A DNA stretch of 64,000 nt, from NCBI GenBank assembly GCA_043744095.1, contig JAYTVI010000080.1:12280-76279 (forward strand), read 5' to 3'. The notes beneath the pieces were generated by a model. The model saw only the letters and a program-made list of their open reading frames with translations, was not told the origin of the DNA and searched no databases. The position numbers were made by a program, and so were the translations under genes. Shown here piece by piece: positions 40,558 through 50,426 of the stretch; position 1 is the first letter of the stretch; the number at the start of each line of letters is the position of its first letter. Origin of the DNA: Flavobacterium sp. (lineage in GTDB: Bacteria > Bacteroidota > Bacteroidia > Flavobacteriales > Flavobacteriaceae).

Positions 40558-41052
40558 ATGAGTCAAGATTTAGAACAATCTTTTGTAACACAATTAAAAC
40601 AAAACCAGAATATAATTCACAAAATTTGTCGATTATATACTTCTGGTGAAGATGCTCATAAAGATTTGTTTCAGGAAATTACCATTCAATTATGGAAAGC
40701 TTTTCCTAAATTTAGAGGAGAATCTAAATTTTCTACTTGGGCATATCGTGTTGCTTTGAATACTGCCATTACCCTATATCGAAAAAGCATAAGAACTATT
40801 GCAACTTCATCAATAGACACTACAAATTATTTTATAAAACAAGACGATTATAATTATGAAGAAGAAGAACGAATAAAACTAATGTATGAAGCTGTTCATC
40901 AGCTAAATGATATCGAAAAAGCACTAGTTTTTATGTATCTTGAAGATAAAGATTATCACGAAATATCAGAAACATTAGGTATATCAGAAGTGAATGCAAG
41001 AGTAAAAATGAATCGAGTGAAAACGAAATTGAAAAAAATATTAAATCCCTAA
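40558..41052 (+). CDS. ECF RNA polymerase sigma factor
   Basis: DLFQEI..QLWKA, FSTWAYRVALN, Y.EISETLGIS..NARVKMNR. Confidence 0.92.
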   Translation: MSQDLEQSFVTQLKQNQNIIHKICRLYTSGEDAHKDLFQEITIQLWKAFPKFRGESKFSTWAYRVALNTAITLYRKSIRTIATSSIDTTNYFIKQDDYNYEEEERIKLMYEAVHQLNDIEKALVFMYLEDKDYHEISETLGISEVNARVKMNRVKTKLKKILNP

Positions 41053-41057
41053 GGATT

Positions 41058-41699
41058 ATGGAAGAATTAGAATTATTAAAAAAAGCTTGGCAAAAAGAAA
41101 ATTATTCTTCAGACCAAGTTTCAGAAGGAGAAATTTATAAAATGTTGCACCAAAAATCATCCTCAATTGTAAAATGGATTTTGATTATTAGTATCATTGA
41201 ATTTATTTTCTGGAATATTATTACTATAGTAATTACAGATGATAACTATGTTCAAAAATTAAAAGAATATGGAATTGAAAATCTAATGTTGATAATTAAT
41301 ATTGTCAATTACATCATTATCATTGGGTTTATCATAGTTTTTTATAAAAACTACAGAAGTATTTGTACCACAGATGCAACACAACAATTGATGAAAAATA
41401 TTTTGAAAACCAAAAAAACAGTTCAAAATTATATTTGGTATAATTTGGCAATGATAGGAATAAGTATCATTATTACTATTGTTATGCTTTTTAATCACAA
41501 TCCAAAAATGATATCCTTGATGGATAAAGAAATTTCTCAAGGTCATCAAACTTATTTTATTAGTATTTGCACCTTAATTTCAATCGTTTTTATTTTTATT
41601 ATAATTGGATTATTTTGGTTTTTTTATCAACTATTATATGGTGTTTTACTCAAAAAACTATTTGCTAATTATAAAGAATTAAAAAAGATTGATTTGTAG
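41058..41699 (+). CDS. Four-TM protein, probable anti-sigma factor
   Basis: MEELELLKKAWQ N-terminus and TM helices, directly after the ECF sigma. Confidence 0.65.
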   Translation: MEELELLKKAWQKENYSSDQVSEGEIYKMLHQKSSSIVKWILIISIIEFIFWNIITIVITDDNYVQKLKEYGIENLMLIINIVNYIIIIGFIIVFYKNYRSICTTDATQQLMKNILKTKKTVQNYIWYNLAMIGISIIITIVMLFNHNPKMISLMDKEISQGHQTYFISICTLISIVFIFIIIGLFWFFYQLLYGVLLKKLFANYKELKKIDL

Positions 41700-41700
41700 A

Positions 41701-42510
41701 CTAATACTCCCATTGACGTAATCGGTCAAGTTCTTTTTGCTCTTCTATTTCTTCGACAGAAAGCACTTTTAGAAAAGATGGATGCTGCTCAATTGCAAAT
41801 TCTACTTTTTCGACAATTGTATCAATAGTATCATTCTCATAATCTATATCAAGTGGTTCTTTGATTGTAAAAGTTTGTAAAATACCTTTCTTTTTCATTC
41901 TTAATCCTTTTTTGTCAAACGAACGACGAAATCCGTCAATAACAATAGGAACTACGATAGGTTTGTGCTGTTTGATAATATGAGCAGTACCTTTTCTAAC
42001 TGGTTTGAACGATTTGGTTGTTCCTTGCGGAAATGTTATTACCCAACCATCGTCAAGTGCAATTTTTATATTTTCAGTATCACTAGGGTTAACATCTCTT
42101 TTTTCGGTTACATCTTTTCCTTTTGCACGCCAAGTTCTTTCTACAGTTATTGCGCCAACATATGATAATATTCTTGGCAATAATCCAGCTTCCATAGTTT
42201 CTTTGGCTGCAACATAATAAATATTCATTTTGGGTTGCCATATATAACCAACATTTTTAATGGTATCTTGTCTACCACTCAAACTTGCGTTAAACACATG
42301 AAACATTGCTACAACATCTGCAAAATAGGTTTGATGATTTGAAATAAATAGCACATTAGTATTGGGTAATGTTTTTATTATTTCAGATCCATCAATTTGC
42401 AAATCATTAAAACCCCTGTAACGACGATGAGTTAAAACTGCAAAAATTCTGATTAACCATTTTTTTATAAAAAGGATGTGACCAAAAGGATTTCTTTTGA
42501 ATAAACCCAT
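41701..42510 (-). CDS. Lysophospholipid acyltransferase (PlsC family)
   Basis: SNHQTYFAD, ITFPQGT; likely start MGLFKRNPFG. Confidence 0.88.
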   Translation of the reverse strand: MGLFKRNPFGHILFIKKWLIRIFAVLTHRRYRGFNDLQIDGSEIIKTLPNTNVLFISNHQTYFADVVAMFHVFNASLSGRQDTIKNVGYIWQPKMNIYYVAAKETMEAGLLPRILSYVGAITVERTWRAKGKDVTEKRDVNPSDTENIKIALDDGWVITFPQGTTKSFKPVRKGTAHIIKQHKPIVVPIVIDGFRRSFDKKGLRMKKKGILQTFTIKEPLDIDYENDTIDTIVEKVEFAIEQHPSFLKVLSVEEIEEQKELDRLRQWEY

Positions 42511-42563
42511 AATTGAATTAAATTTAGAAAATAAGTAAGACAAATTTATCAAAATCTTACACT

Positions 42564-43202
42564 TTACAACACCATTTTTAGAGTTTCTTTGAGTTCGCTC
42601 AATATCATTGCCGTTGCACCCCAAACATAATGTTCTTGTATTTTGAATGTTGGCACTTGAATTTCAACAGAATATGAAGTTGACATTGGTCTCAAAACAA
42701 CATTATTTTCATCTAAAAATTCAGTAAGTGGTAACTCAATTATTCCAGCAACTTCACTCGGATCGGGTTTAAATTCTAGTTCAGAAGTACTAAATCCTAA
42801 ATAAGGATAAACCATAAAATTGCTTGGCGGTATATAAACTTGCGTAAAAGGTCTAATTAAATTTATTTGATGTGGTGCAATTCCTATTTCTTCATGAGTC
42901 TCTCGCAAAGCTGTTTCTGATAAAGAGCCATCATAAATTTCTGCTTTACCTCCAGGAAATGCTATTTGTGACGAATGTACTCCAGGATAAGTTGTTCTCA
43001 CAATAAGTACCAAATGTGTTTTATAATTTTTGGGATAAAACAGCATCATTACTGCTGCTACTCTAGGATTTTGAGAATCTATATTTAGATTTTTGATAAT
43101 TTCAAGACGTTCTGGTGGAGACATAATTTGGTGTGCCGTTTCACCGAGCAGCAATTCACTTTCTATTTTTGGAATACGAAGAATAAAATCTTGAAAATCC
43201 AT
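42564..43202 (-). CDS. Nudix CoA pyrophosphatase
   Basis: HSSQIAFPGGK...TALRETHEEIG, VWGATAMIL. Confidence 0.92.
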   Translation of the reverse strand: MDFQDFILRIPKIESELLLGETAHQIMSPPERLEIIKNLNIDSQNPRVAAVMMLFYPKNYKTHLVLIVRTTYPGVHSSQIAFPGGKAEIYDGSLSETALRETHEEIGIAPHQINLIRPFTQVYIPPSNFMVYPYLGFSTSELEFKPDPSEVAGIIELPLTEFLDENNVVLRPMSTSYSVEIQVPTFKIQEHYVWGATAMILSELKETLKMVL

Positions 43203-43299
43203 AATCAAAGCTTATTTTTGCAAAAAATACAATTGTTTTACGAAGTTACAGTTTAATCTTCTTTAATAAAAATGTTTTTACATAAATACTTATAGCACA

Positions 43300-43734
43300 A
43301 TGTATTCTAAACAAGAAAATCAAAAACTAAAACAAGAATTTTGGGTAACTTTTGCAGAAAAATACCCGAAAAAATGGGTTTTATATGATACCAAAATCAA
43401 AGATTTTTCATTTAAATTTTTTGTAGATAATACTAAGGCTCAAGTAAGTATTGAAATCGAACATCGAAATGAAGACAAAAGATTGGCATATTTTGAAAAA
43501 ATTGTTGCTTTAAAAAATATTCTTGAAGAAGAGTTTATCAAAGAGTTGGTTTATCAAAAAAATCATACTTTAGAAAACGGAAAAACGATTAGCAAGATTT
43601 GGGTCGAAAAAAATCAAATATCAGTTAGCAACAAAAGTTATTGGGAAGAAATTTATAACTTTTTCTATACTAAAATGAGTGCTTTTGAACTTTTTTATGC
43701 AGAATATGACGAATTTATAAAAGATATAGAATAA
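43300..43734 (+). CDS. DUF4268-like protein
   Basis: MYSK.E...LK.EFW..F...KWVLYDTKIKD pattern of Bacteroidota DUF4268. Confidence 0.7.
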   Translation: MYSKQENQKLKQEFWVTFAEKYPKKWVLYDTKIKDFSFKFFVDNTKAQVSIEIEHRNEDKRLAYFEKIVALKNILEEEFIKELVYQKNHTLENGKTISKIWVEKNQISVSNKSYWEEIYNFFYTKMSAFELFYAEYDEFIKDIE

Positions 43735-43782
43735 AAAAACGCAATTGAAATTATTAAAAAAATCTAAATGTGTTTTTTTTAT

Positions 43783-44463
43783 TTACAATTCAATTGAAGC
43801 ACCAATTTCAAGCAACATTAAATCTTTGCCTTTATCAAAAAATTGCTTTATTGCATCTTCGTGATTGATTTCTATAAAACCAAAAGTATCATAATGATAG
43901 CCTAATATTTTGTCACATTCTACAAAATCTGATGCAATAATTGCATCTTTTACATCCATTGTAAAATTATTTCCTATTGGTAAAATTACCAAATCAAGTT
44001 TGGTTCTCAATGGGATAAGTTTCATATCCATTGTCAATGCTGTGTCACCAGCAATATAAATATTTTTATGCTCTCCTTCTATAACAAATCCTCCTGGATT
44101 ACCACCATAAGTACCGTCTGCAAAGGAGCTAGAATGTATAGCATTTACATATTTTACTGTGCCAAAATCAAATTTCCAGCTTCCGCCATGATTCATCATA
44201 TGACATTGAAACCCTTTTGATAAATAATAAGTCACAATTTCTGCATTTGAAACTATTATGGTATTGGGATTGTTTTGCATAATATATTCTACATCCAGTG
44301 TGTGGTCTTGATGTGCGTGTGTCAGAAAAATATAATCTGGTTTCAACTCATTCAAATTGATATGACTTGCTTTTGGGTTTGCCGATATAAATGGGTCAAC
44401 AAGTATTGTTTTACCACTAACTTCAATTGCTAATGATGCGTGACCGTAGAATGTAATTTTCAT
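43783..44463 (-). CDS. Metal-dependent hydrolase (MBL fold, UPF0173-like)
   Basis: YGHAS, THAHQDH, AIHSSS, IAGDT, LPIG.NFTM, HYDTF. Confidence 0.9.
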   Translation of the reverse strand: MKITFYGHASLAIEVSGKTILVDPFISANPKASHINLNELKPDYIFLTHAHQDHTLDVEYIMQNNPNTIIVSNAEIVTYYLSKGFQCHMMNHGGSWKFDFGTVKYVNAIHSSSFADGTYGGNPGGFVIEGEHKNIYIAGDTALTMDMKLIPLRTKLDLVILPIGNNFTMDVKDAIIASDFVECDKILGYHYDTFGFIEINHEDAIKQFFDKGKDLMLLEIGASIEL

Positions 44464-44569
44464 ATGTTGATATTTATTGTTTTTTAACGGTCATATGTAA
44501 TTCGCATATCATTATCGGTGTTTGCATCGCATTTCCGTTATGCTCATTTAATAGGTATAAATTTATTGT

Positions 44570-45499
44570 TTATGAATTATTGACAAGAATATCTGATAAA
44601 AAGAATATCAAACACAATGAAAGTAAAATGGCAAGTAGAAAAGTACTAATGGCTACTTTTTTTAATTCTGGATCTAATGCTCTTGTATCTTTATTTTTAT
44701 ATACTTTGATTAAGTGGCTTATTAATGGAAAATAAGCAACTACAAAAATATATTGATCAAAATGAAAATCACTCAAATAAGCAAAAAGCAAAACCAAAAT
44801 CATAGCCGAAATAATTAAAAAATAATGATACATTTTTGCTTTTGCCCCACCTATTTTTACAACAATCGTATTTTTTCTAACTTTACGATCAGAGATTTCA
44901 TCACGCATATTATTGAGATTCAAAACACTTACACTCAAAAAACCTATTGCAGTTGCAGGTAGTAATAATAAATATCCGTTTTCTAAGGATTTTGCAAACA
45001 TAAAATAGATTCCCATTGTACTAACTAAACCAAAGAATACAAAAACAAAAATATCGCCATAGCCACGATATCCATATGCCGAATTTCCTACTGTATATCG
45101 TATTGCAGAAGCAATAGCTAAAAAACCTAATACTAAAAAGAATAATGAAAATCCTAAATTATGATTTTTGAATGAAAAATAAATCAGTAAAATTGCCGAA
45201 ATTAAAGTTAATAAAGATGTGATGATAATAGCTTTTTTCATTGCTTCTGGGGTTATGTTTCCGCTCTGAATTGCACGTTTTGGTCCAACTCTATCGTCGT
45301 TATCGGTTCCTTTTATACCGTCACCATAATCGTTTGCAAAATTTGATAATACTTGAAGTCCTAATGTAGTCGAAAGAGCAAAAATCACAATTTTCCAATT
45401 AAACATCGATTGCGACATCGCATAAAAACTCCCAACTAATATACCTGAAACCGAAAGTGGTAATGTTCGTAATCTTGCGGCTTGAATCCAATGTTTCAT
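44570..45499 (-). CDS. menA: 1,4-dihydroxy-2-naphthoate octaprenyltransferase
   Basis: ARLRTLPLS, NFANDYGD..KGTD, NLNNMRD..SD...KNT. Confidence 0.95.
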   Translation of the reverse strand: MKHWIQAARLRTLPLSVSGILVGSFYAMSQSMFNWKIVIFALSTTLGLQVLSNFANDYGDGIKGTDNDDRVGPKRAIQSGNITPEAMKKAIIITSLLTLISAILLIYFSFKNHNLGFSLFFLVLGFLAIASAIRYTVGNSAYGYRGYGDIFVFVFFGLVSTMGIYFMFAKSLENGYLLLLPATAIGFLSVSVLNLNNMRDEISDRKVRKNTIVVKIGGAKAKMYHYFLIISAMILVLLFAYLSDFHFDQYIFVVAYFPLISHLIKVYKNKDTRALDPELKKVAISTFLLAILLSLCLIFFLSDILVNNS

Positions 45500-45521
45500 T
45501 TTATTTTTATATTTAATTTAT

Positions 45522-47024
45522 TTACATCCAATTGCTATCAGACGTTTCAATTTCATACAACCAAAGGTTGATGTATTCTTTAATTTTCGTAAAATCTCCC
45601 AATTGCAAAGTTAAATTTCCAGCTGCTGTATGCAATGTTAATGAACCAATATTTAAGTTTTTATGCCAAAACAATTGCGATGTAGAAATCGCTTGTATTT
45701 TACTCGGAACAATAATCTCGTTTGTAATATCCCAAGCACCACTCTGTTTGATAATACATTTATTGTTTATAAAAAGTCGGTGGTTTTTATAAAAAAAATA
45801 GTTCAATATTCCCATAAAAAGAACATAAAACGGAATGACATAATTAAACTGTAATCCTTCTGTTGGATTATTAACTCTAAAAAAATAAAATCCAAACAAA
45901 GGTAATCCTATTGTAACAAATAATGCAAACCCAAATTTACGAAAATTAGGTTTCAACATCACTCCTTTTTCAGGAATATGATCAAAAATAAGTTTTAGTA
46001 TTTCATCTTTTTCAAAAGCATTACATCCCGGAATTTCTATTCCCGCTTTTTGTTTTTCTTTTACACCACCAGTCGCTTGTTTTATTTTCAATTCTAAAAT
46101 ATTCATTCTTTTTTGAAAATAATTTTGTGTTATTGCTGTTATTTGAACTTTTTCTGGTTTTGAAATAGTACTTTTTGTATTGATTAACCCATAATGCATA
46201 AGTAAAGAGCCTTTTTGTTTTGTGATATTAAAATCGAAATATTTTATTATAACTCTTCCTAAATTTATCAACAAAACTATAAAGAAAATTACAAAAACAG
46301 CAACCAATATAGTTTGTACTATAAAACTTTGATCAAAATAATTTTGAATTTTATCATTATTTAATATATCATTTCCGGTAAAATTATTTATGTTTTCGGT
46401 AATTGTAAAGAAAAAAATCAAAAGCAACGAAAAGCTTTTTACATAATTGGATGTAATACCAATTTTTATCAAACTAAGTAGGCTAATCGATATAAAAGGT
46501 TGCGCTTCTTGCAAATTATCAGCAACTTTTGTATAAACTAATTCAAGATTTTCAATCTTATTATCATTATCTAGCAATCTCGATTTTAATTCTATTGCTA
46601 ACGGATGCGAAATAGCTTTTATTATACCTTCTTTGCTGTTACTTCCAGCTGTATCAACATCTAAAGTATAGACTCCTATAATTCTTTGAATCAGAGATTG
46701 ATTGATATTTACCTGTTGTATTTTGTGTAATTGAATTGCTGTTTTTGTTTTATTGAAAACGCCATTAGTGATAATAAATTCATCGTTTTGGTGGTCTAAA
46801 TAAAATGTAAAATTGATAAATTTTAGATATGCAATAATTCCAATTATAATAAAAATAACTGGTATACATATAAAATAATACAATTTACTAATTTCATTAA
46901 ATTTTAAAATCCAAAGTACCAAAATCGGCCAAAATGCTCTACCATAATGCTGGATTGAATCGAGAAACATAATCAAAATCCCAATCTTAGATTGCCTTTG
47001 TGGCTTGTCGAAATGGGTTTCCAT
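45522..47024 (-). CDS. Bacterial PH-domain membrane protein (YdbT-like)
   Basis: KIQQVNINQSL.QRI.GV..L.VDTAG; repeated bPH_2-like units. Confidence 0.8.
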   Translation of the reverse strand: METHFDKPQRQSKIGILIMFLDSIQHYGRAFWPILVLWILKFNEISKLYYFICIPVIFIIIGIIAYLKFINFTFYLDHQNDEFIITNGVFNKTKTAIQLHKIQQVNINQSLIQRIIGVYTLDVDTAGSNSKEGIIKAISHPLAIELKSRLLDNDNKIENLELVYTKVADNLQEAQPFISISLLSLIKIGITSNYVKSFSLLLIFFFTITENINNFTGNDILNNDKIQNYFDQSFIVQTILVAVFVIFFIVLLINLGRVIIKYFDFNITKQKGSLLMHYGLINTKSTISKPEKVQITAITQNYFQKRMNILELKIKQATGGVKEKQKAGIEIPGCNAFEKDEILKLIFDHIPEKGVMLKPNFRKFGFALFVTIGLPLFGFYFFRVNNPTEGLQFNYVIPFYVLFMGILNYFFYKNHRLFINNKCIIKQSGAWDITNEIIVPSKIQAISTSQLFWHKNLNIGSLTLHTAAGNLTLQLGDFTKIKEYINLWLYEIETSDSNWM

Positions 47025-47542
47025 TATAATTTTTTTTGAATTTTACCCATTAACAATTGTTTGATGTTTTCGGCTTGTTCTTTTAGAATTCCAGGAATTT
47101 CAATATCACTAGAATCTCCTCCGGCAGTAAAAATTTCTATTTTTGCTAACCCAAAAAAACGTGAAATCATTCCTTCATGTAAAGCTACGTGTTGTATTCT
47201 ATTATAAGGAATTACGATTGTATTTGTAGCTATAATTCCGTTTCTAAAAAGTACATCATGATTTCTAAATGCAAATCCTTTTTTTAGAAAAGCTATTCTA
47301 GAAAATACTATTATCAATAAAATAAAAACACCTAAAACAAGAGATAATTCTAATTTATAAATTGCAATTAGAGGTTCAAAAAAAATACCATAACCTAAAG
47401 CAATTCCTAGAATTAAAAATATAATTCCAATAAAAATTAAGGAAACTTTCCAATAAGAAGGATGCAAACTAGAAAATTGAACCTCTTCAAATCTAGGAAG
47501 TTGTGTTGTATCTATGGTATCATTTGTGAAATTTTCCATCAA
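47024..47542 (-). CDS. Bacterial PH-domain membrane protein (YdbS-like)
   Basis: IPYNRIQHV...G.ISRFFGLA.IEIFTAG...IPG. Confidence 0.85.
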   Translation of the reverse strand: MMENFTNDTIDTTQLPRFEEVQFSSLHPSYWKVSLIFIGIIFLILGIALGYGIFFEPLIAIYKLELSLVLGVFILLIIVFSRIAFLKKGFAFRNHDVLFRNGIIATNTIVIPYNRIQHVALHEGMISRFFGLAKIEIFTAGGDSSDIEIPGILKEQAENIKQLLMGKIQKKL

Positions 47543-47579
47543 GAAAGTAATAATTTAGAATTTGTCTTTAGAATCTTAA

Positions 47580-48413
47580 TTATGGCAACCATTTTTTTTC
47601 AAAATTAGGTTTCCTTTTTTCAAGAAAAGCATTTCTACCTTCTTTTGCTTCATCTGTCATATAAGCCAATCGAGTAGCTTCTCCTGCAAAAACTTGTTGT
47701 CCAACCATTCCGTCGTCTGTCAAATTCATTGCAAATTTGAGCATTTTTATAGATGTTGGCGATTTGGCTAATATTTCTTGAGCCCAATCATATGCGGTGT
47801 TTTCTAACTCATCATGAGGGATTACTGCATTTACCATTCCCATATCTAGAGCTTCTTGTGCTGAATAATTACGTCCCAGAAAGAAAACTTCTCTTGCTTT
47901 TTTTTGTCCAACCATTTTGGCCAAATAAGCAGAACCATAACCACCATCAAAACTAGTAACATCTGCATCGGTTTGTTTAAAAATAGCATGCTCTTTGCTT
48001 GCCAATGTTATATCACAAACTACATGCAAACTATGTCCTCCTCCAACTGCCCAACCAGGAACTACTGCAATGACAACTTTGGGCATAAATCGAATCAATC
48101 GTTGCACTTCGAGAATATTCAATCGGTGTTGACCATCGTCTCCAACATAACCTTGATGACCTCTTGCATTTTGATCGCCACCACTACAAAAAGAATAGAC
48201 ACCATCTTTGGTTGATGGACCTTCGGCAGATAATAAAACAACTCCTATTGAGGTATCTTCTTGTGCATCATAAAATGCTTGATACAACTCTGAAGTTGTT
48301 TTTGGACGAAAAGCATTTCTTACATTTGGTCTATTAAATGCTATTCTTGCAACACCATTACATTTCTTATAAGTGATGTCTTCAAAATCTTTTACGGTTT
48401 TCCAGTCAATCAT
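47580..48413 (-). CDS. menB: 1,4-dihydroxy-2-naphthoyl-CoA synthase
   Basis: RPNVRNAFRP, FCSGGDQ, AVGGGH, SFDGGYG, EGRNAFLEKRKP. Confidence 0.97.
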   Translation of the reverse strand: MIDWKTVKDFEDITYKKCNGVARIAFNRPNVRNAFRPKTTSELYQAFYDAQEDTSIGVVLLSAEGPSTKDGVYSFCSGGDQNARGHQGYVGDDGQHRLNILEVQRLIRFMPKVVIAVVPGWAVGGGHSLHVVCDITLASKEHAIFKQTDADVTSFDGGYGSAYLAKMVGQKKAREVFFLGRNYSAQEALDMGMVNAVIPHDELENTAYDWAQEILAKSPTSIKMLKFAMNLTDDGMVGQQVFAGEATRLAYMTDEAKEGRNAFLEKRKPNFEKKWLP

Positions 48414-48523
48414 ATGGCAAATTGTATTAATTTAGCGTAAAATTAAACCATTTTTTAGATTTTACACATTTGGAAATCGAATTTAATGTGAATTTTTAAA
48501 TAATAAATGAAATTGCTAAACAA

Positions 48524-48952
48524 ATGAATCGCTTTCTTTCTTCAAAAAATACTTTTACGGTTTCTATCCTTTGGATACTCGTAATTCTTTTACTTGCCTT
48601 AGTAGTAATTGGGATAAAAAAAGAAAATTTAAATCTAATACCATTGTTTATTATTTCATTGGTAATTGGTATCATTATTTGGGTGTTGCTCGATACTAGA
48701 TATGTAATTAAAAGTCATTTTTTGCTCTATCGATCTGGTCCTTTTCGTGGTAGAATCAATATACAAAAAATACAAAAAATAAAATATTATTCAGGATTGA
48801 ATGTGCCTGTAACGATGAAGCCTGCTTTGGATACAAAAGGGTATATTATTTCTAACGAAGAATTAGAAGATGTATATGTTTCGCCCAAAAATAGTGAAGA
48901 GTTTATTTCTGAATTATTGAAAATAAATCCTAAAATTGAAGTGAATAATTAA
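48524..48952 (+). CDS. PH-domain membrane protein (YyaB-like)
   Basis: 2 TM, TRYVI...RSGPF, VYVSPKN.EEFI.EL. Confidence 0.78.
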   Translation: MNRFLSSKNTFTVSILWILVILLLALVVIGIKKENLNLIPLFIISLVIGIIIWVLLDTRYVIKSHFLLYRSGPFRGRINIQKIQKIKYYSGLNVPVTMKPALDTKGYIISNEELEDVYVSPKNSEEFISELLKINPKIEVNN

Positions 48953-48960
48953 AATATTTA

Positions 48961-49812
48961 TTACTTTAATAAATAAATTCCGTCGTCTTTTATCTCAATT
49001 AATTTCTCACGATACAATGCTCCTATTGCTTTTTTGAAAGTTTTCTTACTCATTTTGAGCACCGTTTTTATGTCTTCTGGATGTGAGTTGTCATTCAATC
49101 TTAGAAAACCACGACTTGCTCTTAATTCATCAAGAATTTTTTCGGCATTAGGTTCTACATTTTCGTAACCTTGCTTTTGTAGCGAAACATCGATTTTATT
49201 ATCAGGTCTAATGTTTTTGATATAACCAATCATTCGATCACCAGTTCTAATTGCATCATCATAAACTTCATCTTTATACAAAAGTCCTTTGTGTTTTTCG
49301 TTAATTATCACATTTATACCCAATTCGGTAATATGTGAAACAATCAAATCTACTTCTTCCCCTTTTTCTATTGTTAGAGTTTCATTATTCAAAAATTGAT
49401 TGGTTTTGCTAGAAGCTACAAGTCGATTGGTTTTTTCATCTATATACAAATAAACTAGATATCGTTTGCCTTTCTCCATTGGTCTAGCTTGTTCTTTAAA
49501 CGGAACCAAAATATCTTTTTCCATCCCCCAATCCATAAAGGCGCCAACTTGATTTACATGATTAACACGCAATAATGCAAACTCATTTAATAAAATATAA
49601 GGCTCAAGAGTTGTGGCAACTGGTCTTTCTTCGTGATCTAAATAAACAAAAACGATCAATTCGTCTCCAATCTCAAATTTTTGAGGAACATATTTATTGG
49701 GCAAAAGTATATCTTCAATACCTTCTGGATCTGTAACTGGGTTTCCTAGAAATAATCCTACTTTGGTATCACGAAGTATGGTAAGGGTATTGTATTTTCC
49801 GATTTCAATCAT
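48961..49812 (-). CDS. cvfB: CvfB-family S1 RNA-binding protein
   Basis: IGKYNTL, ILLPNKY, GAFMDWG.EKD.LVPF.EQ, MSKKTFKKAIGALY. Confidence 0.88.
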   Translation of the reverse strand: MIEIGKYNTLTILRDTKVGLFLGNPVTDPEGIEDILLPNKYVPQKFEIGDELIVFVYLDHEERPVATTLEPYILLNEFALLRVNHVNQVGAFMDWGMEKDILVPFKEQARPMEKGKRYLVYLYIDEKTNRLVASSKTNQFLNNETLTIEKGEEVDLIVSHITELGINVIINEKHKGLLYKDEVYDDAIRTGDRMIGYIKNIRPDNKIDVSLQKQGYENVEPNAEKILDELRASRGFLRLNDNSHPEDIKTVLKMSKKTFKKAIGALYREKLIEIKDDGIYLLK

Positions 49813-49923
49813 TGCAAAATTTTAAAGGGCAAAGGTACAAACTTTAGAAGTTTTAAAATAAGAATTATCCAATAATACCATTTATGATTAGTTCTTTGTA
49901 TTTTTGAAATTGAAATTCTAAGA

Positions 49924-50364
49924 ATGAATACTTTAAAAACAAATCCTGATTCTAATGCAATTGATTCTCCAGAATCTGATTATTTGTATGTGTCAAAATC
50001 TCAAATTAATAATTCTGGTAATGGTCTTTTTACTGCTATACCTATTTACAAAGACGAAATCATTGCCGTTTTTAAAGGTGAAATTCTATCTGATTCTGAG
50101 TCTGAAATAAGAGCAAAAGAGGGTAATAATGACTACTTTATGAATTTATTAAACGGTAGTATTTTAGATTGTAAAAATACTAATTGTTTTGCAAAATTTG
50201 CCAACGATTCAAGCAACAATGTTTCATCTAATTTAAAAAATAATTCAAAAATTACATTAGATGAAAATGAAAATGTTTGTCTTATCGCCATCAAAAAAAT
50301 AAAAATGGGTGAAGAAATTTTTTGTGATTATGGCAAACGATATTGGAAGAAAAGAATTTTTTAA
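49924..50364 (+). CDS. SET domain protein
   Basis: S.I...G.GLFT, AKFAND, I..GEEIFCDYG..YW. Confidence 0.88.
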   Translation: MNTLKTNPDSNAIDSPESDYLYVSKSQINNSGNGLFTAIPIYKDEIIAVFKGEILSDSESEIRAKEGNNDYFMNLLNGSILDCKNTNCFAKFANDSSNNVSSNLKNNSKITLDENENVCLIAIKKIKMGEEIFCDYGKRYWKKRIF

Positions 50365-50426
50365 AATTTAAAAAAATATCGAATCGAGTCTTTTTTTTTG
50401 TAAATTTGTGATTAAAAGCATTTTAT

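Noticed and set aside
42511-42624. Long N-terminal extension of the acyltransferase overlapping the Nudix gene
   Set aside because: An artefact of taking the longest ORF; MGLFKRNPFG at 42510 is the plausible start.
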